NCBI GenBank assembly: GCA_963713045.1
Contig: CAVQKE010000003.1
Coordinates: 1,152,001 to 1,216,000, forward strand
Reading direction: 5' to 3'
Source of the DNA: an uncultured delta proteobacterium
GTDB taxonomy: Bacteria; Myxococcota; Myxococcia; Myxococcales; Myxococcaceae
Length of the DNA: 64,000 nucleotides
Position 1 is the first letter of the stretch; every line of letters begins with the position of its first letter. Below are positions 48,815-60,302 of this stretch, one piece after another. The notes beneath the pieces were generated by a model. The model ran no database searches. It saw only the letters and a list, made by a program, of their open reading frames with translations, and was not told where the DNA came from. The position numbers and the translations under genes were made by a program.

Positions 48815-51800
48815 AATTCGCTCTGCCCGTCCTCGCCGACACCGAGAGCGTTCCCCTCTCGGAGGCGCCGTCCAGTCAGACCCCGCCGGACGAGGCCCAC
48901 TTTGCTCCGCACCGCACGCCGGGAGAGCACGGCTACGGGCGCACCTACTGGCGCTCCATGGAAGAACGCCTCGATGGCCCGCTGGGCAGCGACCGCGAGT
49001 TCTCCCCGGGCCAAATGGACGTCCCGACCGGTTTTCAGAGGCGCGACTTTCTGCAGCTGATGGGGGCCTCGGTCGCCCTGGCCGGCCTGACCGCCTGCAC
49101 CGAGAAGCCGGTGCAGCGCATCCTCGCCTACACCCGCACCCCGGACGGACTCGCGCCGGGCAACCCCCTTCATTATGCGACCGCTTGCGCCCGCGATGGC
49201 GTGGCCACGGGCCTTTTGGTGACGGCCTGGGAGGGCCGACCGACAAAGGTGGAGGGTAACCCCACGCACCCGGGAAGCCGGGGGGTCACCGGGCCGGCGG
49301 AGCAGGCGATGTTGCTGCAGCTGTACGACCCGGCCCGCGCCCGCGTCCTCAAGGAAAGGAACGCTGGCCGGAGCTGGCGCAGCTTTCGCGAGTCGATGCT
49401 GTTGCGCTCCTCGGCTTGGAGTCCGGGCAGCGGCGCGCCGCTGCACTTCCTGGTGGAACCCTCCAGCTCGCCGACCGTCCTGGCGCTACGCCAGGAGATA
49501 TTGGCCCGCTTCCCCAAGGCCCGCTTCCACGCCTACGCCAGCGCTCCCAGAGACAGCGTCTATGAAGGGACGCGCTGGGCCTTCGGCACTACGCTCGAGC
49601 CACAACTGGACGTCGAACGCGCTGACGCCATCCTCTCGCTGGATGCGGACTTCCTCGAGGCTCGAATCGAGAACCTGCCCGCCACCCGCGGCTTTGCATC
49701 GCGCCGGGACCCGGCGTCGCCGGCAGGGATGAATCGTCTGTATGTGGTCGAGCCGCGGCTGAGCATTACCGGCGGCATGGCCGACCACCGGCTGCGCGCC
49801 CGCAGCTCCGACATTGAGGGCGTGGCCTTGGCAGTCCTGGCGCAACTGGGCAAGACGGTGACGGCACTGTCGGCCTTCTCCTCGGTGTCCGGGCCGCCCC
49901 TGACCGCCGAAACCGCGCGCTTCGTGAAGGCGGTGGCCAAGGACCTGGCCAGCAAGGCCGGCCGCTCGCTGGTGGTGGCCGGCGAGCGTCAGACGCCGCT
50001 GACCCACGCCGTGGCGCACGCCATCAACGCCTCGCTGGGCAACATTGGAACCACGGTGCGCTTCACCGAGCCGGTGGTGGACACCGCCTCGGGTCCGGCC
50101 GCGTTGCAGCCCCTGCTGGAGGAGCTGCGCGCCGGCCGCGTGGACACCCTGGTCATCACCGCCAGTAACCCGGCCTACAGCGCTCCGGCCGACAGCGGCC
50201 TGGCGGCGCTCCTCAAGAAGGTGCCCAACGTCGTCTACTGGGGCCAGTACGAGGACGAGACCGGGCAGCTGGCGAATTGGTTTATTCCGGCGGCCCACCC
50301 CTTCGAAACCTGGGGAGACGTCCGCGCTCTGGACGGCACCGCCAGCGTGGTGCAGCCCCTCATCTCGCCCCTTTACGGCGGACTGAGCGAGATTGAAGTG
50401 CTGGAGGCCTTTGTCGACCGGCCCGAACTCAAACCCTATGACGCCGTGCGGGCCACTTGGAAAACGCGGAACCCGGGCCCGGACTTCGAGACGGCCTGGG
50501 AGACCTGGCTTTCCGCGGGCGTGGTGCCCCAGACGCAACGCCCCTTCGCCTCGCCCGTCCTGCGGGCGGAATCCATCGCCCAGCTGGCTTCGGCCGCCCG
50601 ACCGACACCATCCGGCCTCGAGGTCAACTTCGTCACCGACTACAAAGTCTTCGATGGGCGTTGGGGACAGAACGCCTGGCTGCAAGAGCTTCCCGACCCA
50701 GTGACCAAAGTGGTGTGGGACAACGTCGCGCTGCTGAGCGAAGCCACGGCAGCCAAGTACGGCGTCAAGCAGTATGACCCCATTTCTCGGACGTTTGACC
50801 TCGTCACCCTCACCGTCGACGGGCGCTCGGTGGAGGCACCGGCGTTGGTGCAGCCGGGCTGCGCGGATGACGCGGTGACGGTGCAGCTCGGCTACGGCAA
50901 ATCGGTGGTGGAGCTTCTCTTCGAGGTGGATGCCCCTCGGGTGGTGGGATTCGACGCTGGCCGCATCCGCACCGCCTCGGCTCCCTGGTTCCGGACCGGC
51001 TTGCAGCTGGCCCCCACCGGGCGGACGTACACCGTCGTCACCACCCAGACGCAGCCCACCGCCGCCGACCGGCCGGTGGCGCTGATGCAGACGCTGGAGG
51101 AATTCCAGAAGGACCCAGAGGCGCCGGAATACCGGCGTCCTCAGGGCAAGCTGAAGGGCCATCCGCTGCCGACGGTGCAGAAACCGGTCGACTATTCACA
51201 GCAGCAATACAAATGGGGAATGAGCGTCGACATGAGCCGCTGCACGGGGTGCAGCGCCTGCGTCGTCGCCTGCCAGGCCGAAAACAACATTCCGGTGGTC
51301 GGCAAAGAGCAAGCCGGCAAAGGCCGGGTGATGCAGTGGATGCGGATGGACCGCTACTACTCCGGCACCGCTGAGGACCCCGAAGTGGTGAACCAGCCGA
51401 TGCTCTGCCAGCAGTGCGAGGCGGCACCCTGCGAGTACGTCTGCCCGGTGAATGCCACCTTGCACTCCGACGAGGGCCTCAACGACATGGTGTACAACCG
51501 GTGCATCGGCACCCGGTACTGCTCGAACAACTGCCCCTACAAGGTTCGCCACTTCAACTACCTGCACTGGACGGCTGACCGCAGTCAGGTCGAGCGGATG
51601 ATTTACAACCCCGACGTCACCGTCCGGGCGCGCGGGGTGATGGAGAAATGCACCTACTGCGTGCAGCGCATCGAGCGGGCGCGAATCGTCTCCCGGCTGG
51701 AGAACCGAACCATCCGTGACGCCGAGTTGATGACCGCCTGCCAGCAGGCCTGTCCGAGCAACGCGATTGTTTTCGGCAGCCTGAATGACCCGAAGTCCCG

Positions 51801-51915
51801 CGTCAGTCAGCTCCAGGCCGACCCGCGGCGCTTTGATGTCCTCTATGAACTGAACACCCGGCCGCGCACCGCTTACCTGACGAAACTCAAGAACCCGAAT
51901 CCGGAGCTCGCCTGA
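48811..51915 (+). CDS. actB: ACIII subunit B (Tat-exported molybdopterin-oxidoreductase-like plus Fe-S domains)
   Basis: YWRSMEE, RRDFLQLMGAS, GRPTKVEGNP, Fe-S motifs CTGCSACVVAC, CQQCEAAPCEYVCP, CIGTRYCSNNCPY, CTYC. Confidence 0.94.
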   Translation: MKFALPVLADTESVPLSEAPSSQTPPDEAHFAPHRTPGEHGYGRTYWRSMEERLDGPLGSDREFSPGQMDVPTGFQRRDFLQLMGASVALAGLTACTEKPVQRILAYTRTPDGLAPGNPLHYATACARDGVATGLLVTAWEGRPTKVEGNPTHPGSRGVTGPAEQAMLLQLYDPARARVLKERNAGRSWRSFRESMLLRSSAWSPGSGAPLHFLVEPSSSPTVLALRQEILARFPKARFHAYASAPRDSVYEGTRWAFGTTLEPQLDVERADAILSLDADFLEARIENLPATRGFASRRDPASPAGMNRLYVVEPRLSITGGMADHRLRARSSDIEGVALAVLAQLGKTVTALSAFSSVSGPPLTAETARFVKAVAKDLASKAGRSLVVAGERQTPLTHAVAHAINASLGNIGTTVRFTEPVVDTASGPAALQPLLEELRAGRVDTLVITASNPAYSAPADSGLAALLKKVPNVVYWGQYEDETGQLANWFIPAAHPFETWGDVRALDGTASVVQPLISPLYGGLSEIEVLEAFVDRPELKPYDAVRATWKTRNPGPDFETAWETWLSAGVVPQTQRPFASPVLRAESIAQLASAARPTPSGLEVNFVTDYKVFDGRWGQNAWLQELPDPVTKVVWDNVALLSEATAAKYGVKQYDPISRTFDLVTLTVDGRSVEAPALVQPGCADDAVTVQLGYGKSVVELLFEVDAPRVVGFDAGRIRTASAPWFRTGLQLAPTGRTYTVVTTQTQPTAADRPVALMQTLEEFQKDPEAPEYRRPQGKLKGHPLPTVQKPVDYSQQQYKWGMSVDMSRCTGCSACVVACQAENNIPVVGKEQAGKGRVMQWMRMDRYYSGTAEDPEVVNQPMLCQQCEAAPCEYVCPVNATLHSDEGLNDMVYNRCIGTRYCSNNCPYKVRHFNYLHWTADRSQVERMIYNPDVTVRARGVMEKCTYCVQRIERARIVSRLENRTIRDAELMTACQQACPSNAIVFGSLNDPKSRVSQLQADPRRFDVLYELNTRPRTAYLTKLKNPNPELA

Positions 51916-53312
51916 TGGCCGCCGACCTCGCCGCCGCGCCGGCGCTCGACGGAGCGCCTCTGCTGCTCGGTAACAATGACAACACCAGCCTCACCAAGAC
52001 GCTTTTGGGCTACGTCTGGGCGCGGCCACAGCCGGGCTGGCTGTTGTCCTTCTTGCTGGCGCTGTCCGGCACCGGGGCGCTGACGTTGGCCATCATCGTC
52101 ACCCTGGCCCGCGGCATCGGCAGCTGGGGCAACAACATCCCCATCGCCTGGGGCTTCGGCATCATCAACTTCGTCTGGTGGATTGGTATCGGCCATGCCG
52201 GGACGCTCATCTCCGCCATCCTCTTCCTCTTCCAGCAGCAGTGGCGAACCGCCATCAACCGCTTCGCCGAGGCGATGACCATCTTCGCGGTGCTGTGCGC
52301 CGGCCTCTTCCCGGCCCTGCACACCGGGCGCCCTTGGTTCGCCTACTTCATGTTCCCCTACCCCAGCGATTTGAATATGTGGCCGCAGTTCAAGAGCCCG
52401 CTGGTGTGGGACGTCTTCGCGGTTTCCACCTACCTCACCGTCTCGGTGTTGTTTTGGTTTGTGGGCCTCATCCCGGATTTGGCCGCACTCCGCGACTCGT
52501 CGACCAGCCTCATCCAGCGGAAGGTGTACGGGCTCTTCGCCCTCGGCTGGCGCGGGTCCGGCCGCCACTGGCACAACTACAAAGTCGCCTACTTGCTGCT
52601 GGCCGGCCTCTCCACCCCGCTGGTGGTGAGCGTGCACACCATCGTGTCATTCGACTTCGCGGTTTCGCTGCTGCCCGGCTGGCACACCACCATCTTCCCG
52701 CCCTACTTCGTCGCCGGCGCCATCTTCAGTGGCTTCGCGATGGTGATGACTTGGCTGGTGCCGGCCCGGCATTTCCTCGGGCTCAAAAATGTCGTCACCA
52801 TGAGACACCTGGAGGCGATGAACAAGCTCATCCTGGTCACCGGGATGGTCGTCTCCTACGGCTATCTGATGGAGCACTTCATCGCCTGGTACTCAGGAAA
52901 CACCGAGGAATGGTTCGTCTTCTTCAACCGCGCCACCGGGCCGTACCGCAACATCTACTGGCTGATGATTTTCTGTAACGTGGTGGTGCCCCACATCTTC
53001 TGGTTCAAATTCTTCCGCACCAGCATCCCGGTGATGTGGGTCGCATCCATCCTGGTCAACATCGGCATGTGGTGCGAGCGCTTCGTCATCATCGTCACCT
53101 CGCTGCACCGTGACTTCCTGCCGGCCAGTTGGGGAATGTTCTACCCAACCTGGGTGGACTTCACCCTGCTGGCCGGAACCATCGGCTTCTTCAGCACCTG
53201 CTTCCTTCTCTTCTTGAAGTATCTGCCGGCGGTGGCGGTGAGCGAGGTGAAGGAGCTGAATGAAGAGCTTCGGCACCGGGTGGCCCCAGTGCAGGTGGTG
53301 ACCGTCCCATGA
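51915..53312 (+). CDS. actC: ACIII subunit C (NrfD/PsrC family quinol-binding)
   Basis: NFVWWIGIGHAGTLISA, HTGRPW, SPLVWDVFAV, WHTTIFPPYFVAGA. Confidence 0.95.
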   Translation: MAADLAAAPALDGAPLLLGNNDNTSLTKTLLGYVWARPQPGWLLSFLLALSGTGALTLAIIVTLARGIGSWGNNIPIAWGFGIINFVWWIGIGHAGTLISAILFLFQQQWRTAINRFAEAMTIFAVLCAGLFPALHTGRPWFAYFMFPYPSDLNMWPQFKSPLVWDVFAVSTYLTVSVLFWFVGLIPDLAALRDSSTSLIQRKVYGLFALGWRGSGRHWHNYKVAYLLLAGLSTPLVVSVHTIVSFDFAVSLLPGWHTTIFPPYFVAGAIFSGFAMVMTWLVPARHFLGLKNVVTMRHLEAMNKLILVTGMVVSYGYLMEHFIAWYSGNTEEWFVFFNRATGPYRNIYWLMIFCNVVVPHIFWFKFFRTSIPVMWVASILVNIGMWCERFVIIVTSLHRDFLPASWGMFYPTWVDFTLLAGTIGFFSTCFLLFLKYLPAVAVSEVKELNEELRHRVAPVQVVTVP

Positions 53313-53863
53313 GTGCCGCCGATGCCCCACAGGGACGCACCTATGTGCTGGGCCTGTTTTCCACCGGCGAAGCCCTGGTGAAGGCCTGCCGGCAGGTCCG
53401 CGCCAAGGGCTTCACCGATGTCGACACCCACTCGCCCTACCCGCTGCCCGGAGGGGATGAGGCGCTGGGCCTGAAGCGCTCGGTGGTGCCCAAAGTGGCG
53501 CTGGCCGGAGCGCTGACGGGAATGTTCGGTGGGATGGGGATGATGGTGTGGATGAATGGGATGAATTGGCCCCTCAACGTCGGCGGCCGGCCGCCGACCA
53601 GCCCGCTGGCCTTCATCCCCATCACCTTCGAGACGACGGTGCTCCTCACCGCGCTCAGCATCTTCTTCGGGCTGCTCATCATGATGGGGCTGCCGCAGCC
53701 CTACCACGCGGTGTTTGAGCTGGAAGCCTTCCGCAGCGCCGTCACCGACGGCTTTTGGCTGAGTGTGGCCCAGGACCCGGGCAACGACGGCAAGGCCGCG
53801 GCGAAGGAGCTCGAGACCCTGGGCGCGACGCAGGTGAACGTGGTGAAGGAGTCCGTAGAATGA
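53309..53863 (+). CDS. actD: ACIII subunit D (DUF3341)
   Basis: DTHSPYP, NVGGRP, FIPITFETTVL; operon position. Confidence 0.9.
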   Translation: MSAADAPQGRTYVLGLFSTGEALVKACRQVRAKGFTDVDTHSPYPLPGGDEALGLKRSVVPKVALAGALTGMFGGMGMMVWMNGMNWPLNVGGRPPTSPLAFIPITFETTVLLTALSIFFGLLIMMGLPQPYHAVFELEAFRSAVTDGFWLSVAQDPGNDGKAAAKELETLGATQVNVVKESVE

Positions 53864-54465
53864 AGGCCTTTCTCCCCTTGGCGGCGGCCGCGCTGACGGC
53901 CAGCGCCTGCACCTGCGGCGACGTCAGCGCCGGCGCGGTGCTGCAGCGGATGGAGGTGCAGGAGAAGTACCTCCCCTATGCGGCCAACGACTTGTTCGCC
54001 GACGGCCGGTCGATGCGGACGCCGCCGGCAGGTACCGTGCCCCGCGAGCGCCTGGTCGGCCAACCGGCCATCACCAACGGCGAAGTCAACGGCGTGCCGG
54101 TGGCGGAGGTGCCGGTTCCCATCACTGCCGAGCTGCTGCGCCAGGGTCGGCACCGGTACGAAATTGTCTGCGCCAACTGCCACGGCTTCATCGGCAACGG
54201 CGACAGCATGGTGGCGGACAACATGGCCACCAGGCTTCCACCCTCGCTGGTGGCATTGACCAACAAGCCGGCCGGTCACTTCTACAAGGCCATCACCCAA
54301 GGCTATGGGTTGATGCCCAGCTTTGCCGGAGAGATTCCGTTGGCCGAGCGCTGGGCAGTGGTGGCCTACGTCAAGGCGCTGCAGCTGAGTCAGAATACGC
54401 CCGTCCAAACGCTGCCGATGGACGTCCAACGACGGCTGGGGGAGGGTCAGTCATGGACCCAGTAG
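53860..54465 (+). CDS. actE: ACIII subunit E, monoheme cytochrome c lipoprotein
   Basis: Lipobox ASAC, FADGRSMRTPPAGTV, CANCH, GYGLMP, RWAVVAYV. Confidence 0.9.
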   Translation: MKAFLPLAAAALTASACTCGDVSAGAVLQRMEVQEKYLPYAANDLFADGRSMRTPPAGTVPRERLVGQPAITNGEVNGVPVAEVPVPITAELLRQGRHRYEIVCANCHGFIGNGDSMVADNMATRLPPSLVALTNKPAGHFYKAITQGYGLMPSFAGEIPLAERWAVVAYVKALQLSQNTPVQTLPMDVQRRLGEGQSWTQ

Positions 54466-55688
54466 CCGGCCACCCGGAAGAACTGCAGAGCATCCGCCAG
54501 AGCCGCGTCCGTGGCACCGGGGCTGCCTTCCGGTGGAGCTTGGGCCTGGGCGTGCTCGGCCTTTTGGCCACCTTGGTCTTCTATTTCGCCGGAGGGCCCG
54601 CGGCGCATGGGACGGTGCTGGCCGGCTACTTGGTGGCGTTTTGCTACTGGGTGGGCATCGCGGTGACGGCCACCATCTGGAATGCCATTTTTCACGCCTC
54701 GGCAGCGAAATGGATGGTGGTGCTGCGACGCCTGTTGGAAAGCATCGGCGCGTCGTTGCCAGTCTTCATCCCGCTCTTCCTCCCCATCCTCTTTGGCCTG
54801 GCCATCGTCTTTCCCTGGGTGAGGCCGTCCTCGGCCATGAGCGCCGAGCAGCTGGAGCTGTTGAGCCACAAGGCCCCGGACCTCAACGTGCCGTCCTTTC
54901 TGGTCCGCGCCGTCATCTACTTCGCGGTGTGGTGGTTCGTCTCAGACCGACTGCGGCGCTGGTCGCTGAAGCAGGATGAGGTGGGCGGACCCGAGCCCAC
55001 CCGCCACATGCGCCGGCTGGGCGCCGGGTCGCTGCCCTTCCTCGCCCTGACCATCACCTTCGCCAGCTTCGACTGGCTGATGTCGGTGGACCCCTTTTGG
55101 ATTTCCACCATCTTCGGCGTCTATTACTTCGCCGGCAGCTTTCTGTCGGCGATGTGCCTGGTGGCCATCCTCATCGCCCTCAACCAGTCCGACACCACCG
55201 GGCTGGGAGGCGCGGTGACGCCGCACCACCTGTACAACGTGGGCAAGTTGATGCTCGCCTTCACCGCCTTTTGGACGTACGCCGCCTTCAGTCAGTTCAT
55301 GCTCATTTGGATTGCCAACATCCCCGAGGAGTCGGCCTGGTACGTGGTGCGGATGAAGGGCGGCTGGGCCAACGTTGGCATCTTCCTGATGGTCGCCAAT
55401 TTCTTCATCCCCTTCTTCACGCTGTTGTCGCGCGAGCTGAAATTCCGTCCGCGGGCACTGGCAGTGGTGGCCTGCTGGTTGATGGTGGTGCATTACGTCG
55501 ACATCTATTGGCTCATCATGCCGGCGCTCTTCCCAGCTGGCCCGGAGCCGCACCTGGCACACCTGGCGGCCTTGGTGGGTGTGGGCGGCCTCGCCGTGGC
55601 CACCGCTCTCTGGCGGGCCACCGGCCATTTCGCCATCCCGGTGAAGGACCCGAACCTGTCCTACTCGCTGAGGTACACCCAGGCATGA
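54453..55688 (+). CDS. actF: ACIII subunit F membrane protein
   Basis: FDWLMSVDPFWISTIFG and FSQFMLIWIANIPEE. Confidence 0.9.
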   Translation: MDPVAGHPEELQSIRQSRVRGTGAAFRWSLGLGVLGLLATLVFYFAGGPAAHGTVLAGYLVAFCYWVGIAVTATIWNAIFHASAAKWMVVLRRLLESIGASLPVFIPLFLPILFGLAIVFPWVRPSSAMSAEQLELLSHKAPDLNVPSFLVRAVIYFAVWWFVSDRLRRWSLKQDEVGGPEPTRHMRRLGAGSLPFLALTITFASFDWLMSVDPFWISTIFGVYYFAGSFLSAMCLVAILIALNQSDTTGLGGAVTPHHLYNVGKLMLAFTAFWTYAAFSQFMLIWIANIPEESAWYVVRMKGGWANVGIFLMVANFFIPFFTLLSRELKFRPRALAVVACWLMVVHYVDIYWLIMPALFPAGPEPHLAHLAALVGVGGLAVATALWRATGHFAIPVKDPNLSYSLRYTQA

Positions 55689-56071
55689 GCGCGCCAGCAC
55701 ACACAACTCCCACCGTCCAGCAGCCCGGCGACCTCGAGGACAAGAACCTCCCCTACCGAAAAATCCTCGGGGTGGGCATTGCCTCCATCGTCATCTTCGC
55801 GCTGGGCATCTTCTGGTCGACCGCCCTGTTGCGCACTGCAACCCGGGAGGTGGAGCCGGTGGGACCGCCGCCGATTCCGCCCGGCGTGAACCAGTTCGAG
55901 GTGGGCATCGTCAACCAGCGCCCCTTCAGCCTCGACCAGCGCGCGGCGGAGAAGCGCCTGCAGCAGATGAGGCGCCTCGACACCTACGGCTGGCTCGACC
56001 GCCAGTCGGGCATCGTCCACATCCCCATCGACGTTGCGATGGACATGCTGGTGAAGGAGCAGAAGAAGTGA
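55685..56071 (+). CDS. ACIII subunit G-like single-TM protein
   Basis: One TM helix, YGWLDRQSGIVHIPIDVAM; between actF and SCO. Confidence 0.75.
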   Translation: MSAPAHTTPTVQQPGDLEDKNLPYRKILGVGIASIVIFALGIFWSTALLRTATREVEPVGPPPIPPGVNQFEVGIVNQRPFSLDQRAAEKRLQQMRRLDTYGWLDRQSGIVHIPIDVAMDMLVKEQKK

Positions 56072-56907
56072 CACGCCTGGCAGTCCTCACCCTCGTCCTG
56101 GCCACTCCGGCCTGGGCGCAATACCCAGGTGACCGGCAGGCCCATGGTGCGGCCCGCAGTCAGGCGCCGGCGGCGGTGAAGGGGGTCGACGTCCTCGAGC
56201 GGTTGGGCGACCCGGTGCCTGAGGCTGGGCACTTCGTCGACTCCGAAGGACGTCCCTTCCAGCTGGCCGACGTGCTTCATCACGGCAAGCCGGTGGTGTT
56301 GACGCTGGTCTACTACCGCTGCCCGGGCCTGTGCAGCCTGGTGCTTTCCGGGCTCACCCGCTCGCTGCGGAGCCTCGACCTCAAGTTGGGCGAGGACTAC
56401 CGGGCGGTGACCATCAGCATCGACCCGACCGAGACCAACGACGAGGCGGCGGAAGCCAAGCGGGGGCACCTGCAAGCCCTCGGCGTGGGGCCACTCAACC
56501 CGGCTTGGACGTTTGCCACCGGGAACGACGAAGGCATTCACGCCCTGGCTGGGGCCCTCGGCTTCCAGTACACCTACGACGAGGCGAGCCGGCAGTACGC
56601 CCACGCGGCAGCCATCTTCGTGCTGTCCCCGAATGGGAAAATCTCCCGCTACCTCTACGGCATCGACTTCCCGACCCGAGACTTGAAGATGGCGCTGGTC
56701 GAGGCGGGCCAGGGCAAGGTGGGCACGGCGCTCGACCGGGTGCTCCTCACCTGCTTCAAGTACGATGCCACTTCCCGCCGCTTCGAGCCGTACGTGCTGG
56801 GGTTCGTCCGAATCGGCGCGCTGTTGTGTTTCGCGGCGCTGGCGATGCTTCTCACCGTCCTCTGGACTCGGGAAATGAAGATGAAGAAGCGAGGCGCTAA
56901 GGCATGA
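56068..56907 (+). CDS. SCO family copper chaperone
   Basis: YYRCPGLC (CxxxC), QYAHAAA His, SRYLYGI. Confidence 0.92.
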   Translation: MTRLAVLTLVLATPAWAQYPGDRQAHGAARSQAPAAVKGVDVLERLGDPVPEAGHFVDSEGRPFQLADVLHHGKPVVLTLVYYRCPGLCSLVLSGLTRSLRSLDLKLGEDYRAVTISIDPTETNDEAAEAKRGHLQALGVGPLNPAWTFATGNDEGIHALAGALGFQYTYDEASRQYAHAAAIFVLSPNGKISRYLYGIDFPTRDLKMALVEAGQGKVGTALDRVLLTCFKYDATSRRFEPYVLGFVRIGALLCFAALAMLLTVLWTREMKMKKRGAKA

Positions 56908-57983
56908 ACGGTGACCTCCTCAACAACGACTGGCTGAGGCACTTGCTCTTTCTGCCTGAGCAGGCGTCCACCTTCGCGGTCAGAGTCGACCGGCTGCACG
57001 ACTTCGTCATCATCACCACCATGGCGATGAGCTCCGTGGTGGGGGCCCTCACCATTTACTTCTTCTTCCGCTACCGTCGGCGCAGCGAGACACAAACCAC
57101 CCCCGTCATCCATCCGACCGTCGGCTTTGAAGTGGCGGTGGTCAGCATCCCGCTCGCGGTCTTCCTGGTGTGGTTCGTCATCGGTTTCGGCGACTACGCC
57201 AAGCTGGCCAACCCGCCCCCCGACGCGATGGACGTCTACGTGATGGGCAAGCAGTGGATGTGGAAGTTCGCCTACCCAGACGGGCCGAACTCGGTGGGCG
57301 TGCTGCACGTCCCGGCCAACCGGCCGGTGCGCCTCCTGTTGACGTCGCGCGACGTCATCCACTCCTTCTTCATCCCGGCCTTCCGCCTGAAGCAGGACGT
57401 GCTGCCCAACCGCTACACCGAGACTTGGTTTGAGGCCACCAAGCCCGGCCGCTACCAGGTGCTGTGTGCCGAATACTGCGGTACCCAACACAGCAAGATG
57501 TGGGCGACGGTGGTGGTGCTTGAGCCGGCGGCCTTCGACGAATGGCTCAAGGAGCAGCAACGCGGGTTGGTGGCGCGCGCCGACCTCCTGGCTGACCCCG
57601 ACATGGTCAGCATCCAAGGCAACCTGGTGGAGCAGGGGAAGCGGGTGGCAATGGAGCAAGGGTGTCTGCGCTGCCACAGCATCAACAGCGCGGTCAATGA
57701 CACCGAGCGCCACATCGGCCCCACTTGGGTGGACCTCTACCAGCGACCGACCAAGCTCACCACCGGGGACACCATCGTCGCCGACGAGGCCTACCTCACC
57801 GAGTCGATGATGGAGCCGAACGTCAAAATCGTCGCCGGCTACCAGGCCATCATGCCCAGCTACCAGGGCAAATTGAGCGGCCCCGAGGCCGCGGCGGTGG
57901 TGGAATACATCAAGAGCTTGCGCACCGACACCACCGAGCTCCAGCCTGTGAAGGGACCCCTCTATGAGCAGCTCCGCCAGTAG
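56904..57983 (+). CDS. coxB: Cytochrome c oxidase subunit II with fused cytochrome c (caa3 type)
   Basis: KQWMW, DVIHSF, CuA motif [13 protein letters not shown]-terminal CLRCH…IMP. Confidence 0.95.
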   Translation: MNGDLLNNDWLRHLLFLPEQASTFAVRVDRLHDFVIITTMAMSSVVGALTIYFFFRYRRRSETQTTPVIHPTVGFEVAVVSIPLAVFLVWFVIGFGDYAKLANPPPDAMDVYVMGKQWMWKFAYPDGPNSVGVLHVPANRPVRLLLTSRDVIHSFFIPAFRLKQDVLPNRYTETWFEATKPGRYQVLCAEYCGTQHSKMWATVVVLEPAAFDEWLKEQQRGLVARADLLADPDMVSIQGNLVEQGKRVAMEQGCLRCHSINSAVNDTERHIGPTWVDLYQRPTKLTTGDTIVADEAYLTESMMEPNVKIVAGYQAIMPSYQGKLSGPEAAAVVEYIKSLRTDTTELQPVKGPLYEQLRQ

Positions 57984-59625
57984 CGCCGCGGCCAGCGGGC
58001 CCGCGTTTCCCGAGCACCATTACCTGAACAACGGGACCACCGCGCGCTCCTGGCTGCTCACCCTGGACCACAAGCGCATCGCCCTTCTGTACCTGTCGGT
58101 GGTGATGGTGTCGTTTCTGTTGGGAGGCATTTTCGCGATGGTCATTCGCCTGGAGTTGCTGACGCCAGGCCCGACCATCATCGAAGCGCTCACCTACAAC
58201 CGGATGTTCACCCTTCACGGGGTGGTGATGATTTTTCTCTTCATGATTCCGGCCATTCCGGCCGTGTTCGGCAACTTCTTCTTGCCCATCATGATTGGAG
58301 CCAAGGACGTCGCCTTCCCCCGATGGAATTTGGTGTCCTTCTACCTCTACCTGACGGGCGCCATCCTGGCGGTTTGGGGGATGCTCAACGGGGGCACCGA
58401 CACCGGCTGGACCTTTTACACGCCCTACTCCACCACCACCGCCCAGGGCGTGGTTCCGGTGCTGGCTGGCGTCTTCATCATCGGCTTCAGCTCCATCCTG
58501 ACTGGCTTGAATTTCATCGTCAGCATTCACACCCTCCGGGCGCCGGGCATCACCTGGTTCAAGCTGCCGCTCTTCATCTGGGCGGTGTACGGCACGGCCA
58601 TCATCCAGGTGCTGGCCACTCCGGTGATTGGGTTGGTGGCGCTGTTGGTGGCGGCGGAGAGCGCCTTTGGCTTCGGCTTCTTCGACCCAGCCCGCGGCGG
58701 TGACCCGGTGCTGTTCCAGCACCTCTTCTGGTTTTACAGCCACCCAGCCGTCTACATCATGGTGCTCCCGGCGATGGGCGTCATTTCGGAGACCATCGCC
58801 GCCTACAGCCGAAAAAACATCTTCGGCTATTCGATGATTGCCGCCAGCTCGCTCGGCATTGCCTTCGTTGGCTTCTTCGCCTGGGGCCACCACCTCTTCA
58901 CCTCGGGCCAAAGCGCCTTCGACGCCGGCGCCTTCTCCGTCATCTCGATGCTGGTCGGCGTCTTCACCGCCATCAAAGTCTTCAACTGGGTGGGGACGCT
59001 GTACAAGGGCGCCATCGCCTTCACCGCACCCTTCGCTTACATCTGCGGCTTTCTCTTCTTCCTGGTGTTTGGCGGGATGACCGGCATCGCGCTGGCCACG
59101 GTGTCACTCGACATCCACTGGCAGGACACCTACTTCGTCGTCGCCCACTTCCATTTCATCATGGTCGGCGCGGTCATCATGGGCTTCCTCGCCGGGCTGC
59201 ACTACTGGTTCCCCAAAATGTTCGGCCGCACCTACCCCGAGGGTTGGGCGATGGTGGCCGCGGCCCTCATCGTCCTCGGCTTCAACGCCACCTTCATCCC
59301 GCAGTTTCTATTGGGGAACGCGGGCATGCCGCGCCGCTACTACGAATATCCGGAGCGCTTCCAGGCGCTCAACGTGGCCTCCACCGCTGGCGCGTCCCTG
59401 TTGGCCTTCGGCTTCATCATCATCGCCATCTACCTGGCCTGGTCCTTACGCTACGGCCCCATCGCCGGCCCCAATCCCTGGGGAAGCCGCGGCTATGAAT
59501 GGATGACGCCCTCCCCTCCGCCCACCGAAAATTTCGACGTGACGCCCACCTTCGCCCATCCGCCGCATGACTACACCGACGAAGCGGTCAATGACCCAGA
59601 CTTCGCCCACGCGAGGACGACGTAA
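57964..59625 (+). CDS. coxA: Cytochrome c oxidase subunit I (A2 type)
   Basis: [39 protein letters not shown]. Confidence 0.97.
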   Translation: MSSSASSAAASGPAFPEHHYLNNGTTARSWLLTLDHKRIALLYLSVVMVSFLLGGIFAMVIRLELLTPGPTIIEALTYNRMFTLHGVVMIFLFMIPAIPAVFGNFFLPIMIGAKDVAFPRWNLVSFYLYLTGAILAVWGMLNGGTDTGWTFYTPYSTTTAQGVVPVLAGVFIIGFSSILTGLNFIVSIHTLRAPGITWFKLPLFIWAVYGTAIIQVLATPVIGLVALLVAAESAFGFGFFDPARGGDPVLFQHLFWFYSHPAVYIMVLPAMGVISETIAAYSRKNIFGYSMIAASSLGIAFVGFFAWGHHLFTSGQSAFDAGAFSVISMLVGVFTAIKVFNWVGTLYKGAIAFTAPFAYICGFLFFLVFGGMTGIALATVSLDIHWQDTYFVVAHFHFIMVGAVIMGFLAGLHYWFPKMFGRTYPEGWAMVAAALIVLGFNATFIPQFLLGNAGMPRRYYEYPERFQALNVASTAGASLLAFGFIIIAIYLAWSLRYGPIAGPNPWGSRGYEWMTPSPPPTENFDVTPTFAHPPHDYTDEAVNDPDFAHARTT

Positions 59626-60300
59626 ATGGAAGCCACCGTCGCGCCGGTGATGACCGCAGAGGGCTACCTCGCCCCGCCGCCCACGCCGCACCACTACGAG
59701 GGAAACCCGGCCGCTCACCAGCACGCGGTGCGGTTCGGCATGTGGCTCTTTCTGGCCACCGAAATTCTGCTCTTCGCCGGACTCTTCGTCGGCTACGCCA
59801 CCTTCCGCACCGACTTCCCGGAGGCATTTGACCAGGCCGCCCGCCACCTGAGCGTCGCCCTCGGCACCACCAACACCCTTCTGCTGTTGACCAGCTCGCT
59901 GACGGTGGCCTTGGCCCACCACAACGCCGAGCAGGGGAAAAACCGCAACGCCTTCTGGCTTCTCTTGTGCTCCATCGCCATGGGGGGCGGCTTTCTCTGC
60001 ATCAAGGCCATTGAATACACCGACAAATTCCGTGAAGGCGCGCTGCCCGGACGCTTCTTCAGCTACGCCGAGATTACCGCTCCCGGGGGGCCGATGTTTT
60101 ACGTCGTCTACTTCTTCACCACCGGACTGCACGCCTTGCACGTCGTCGTCGGCATGAGCTTGCTCACCTGGGTGGCGGTCCGCTGCTGGCGCAAGGAGTT
60201 TTCCCCGACCTACTACGCGCCGGTGGAAAACGCCGGCTTGTACTGGCACCTCGTCGACTTGGTTTGGATTTTCCTCTACCCGCTGCTGTACCTGGTTTGA
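59626..60300 (+). CDS. coxC: Cytochrome c oxidase subunit III
   Basis: GMWLFLATE, TGLHALHV, LYWHLVDLVWIFLYPLLY. Confidence 0.95.
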   Translation: MEATVAPVMTAEGYLAPPPTPHHYEGNPAAHQHAVRFGMWLFLATEILLFAGLFVGYATFRTDFPEAFDQAARHLSVALGTTNTLLLLTSSLTVALAHHNAEQGKNRNAFWLLLCSIAMGGGFLCIKAIEYTDKFREGALPGRFFSYAEITAPGGPMFYVVYFFTTGLHALHVVVGMSLLTWVAVRCWRKEFSPTYYAPVENAGLYWHLVDLVWIFLYPLLYLV

Positions 60301-60302
60301 CC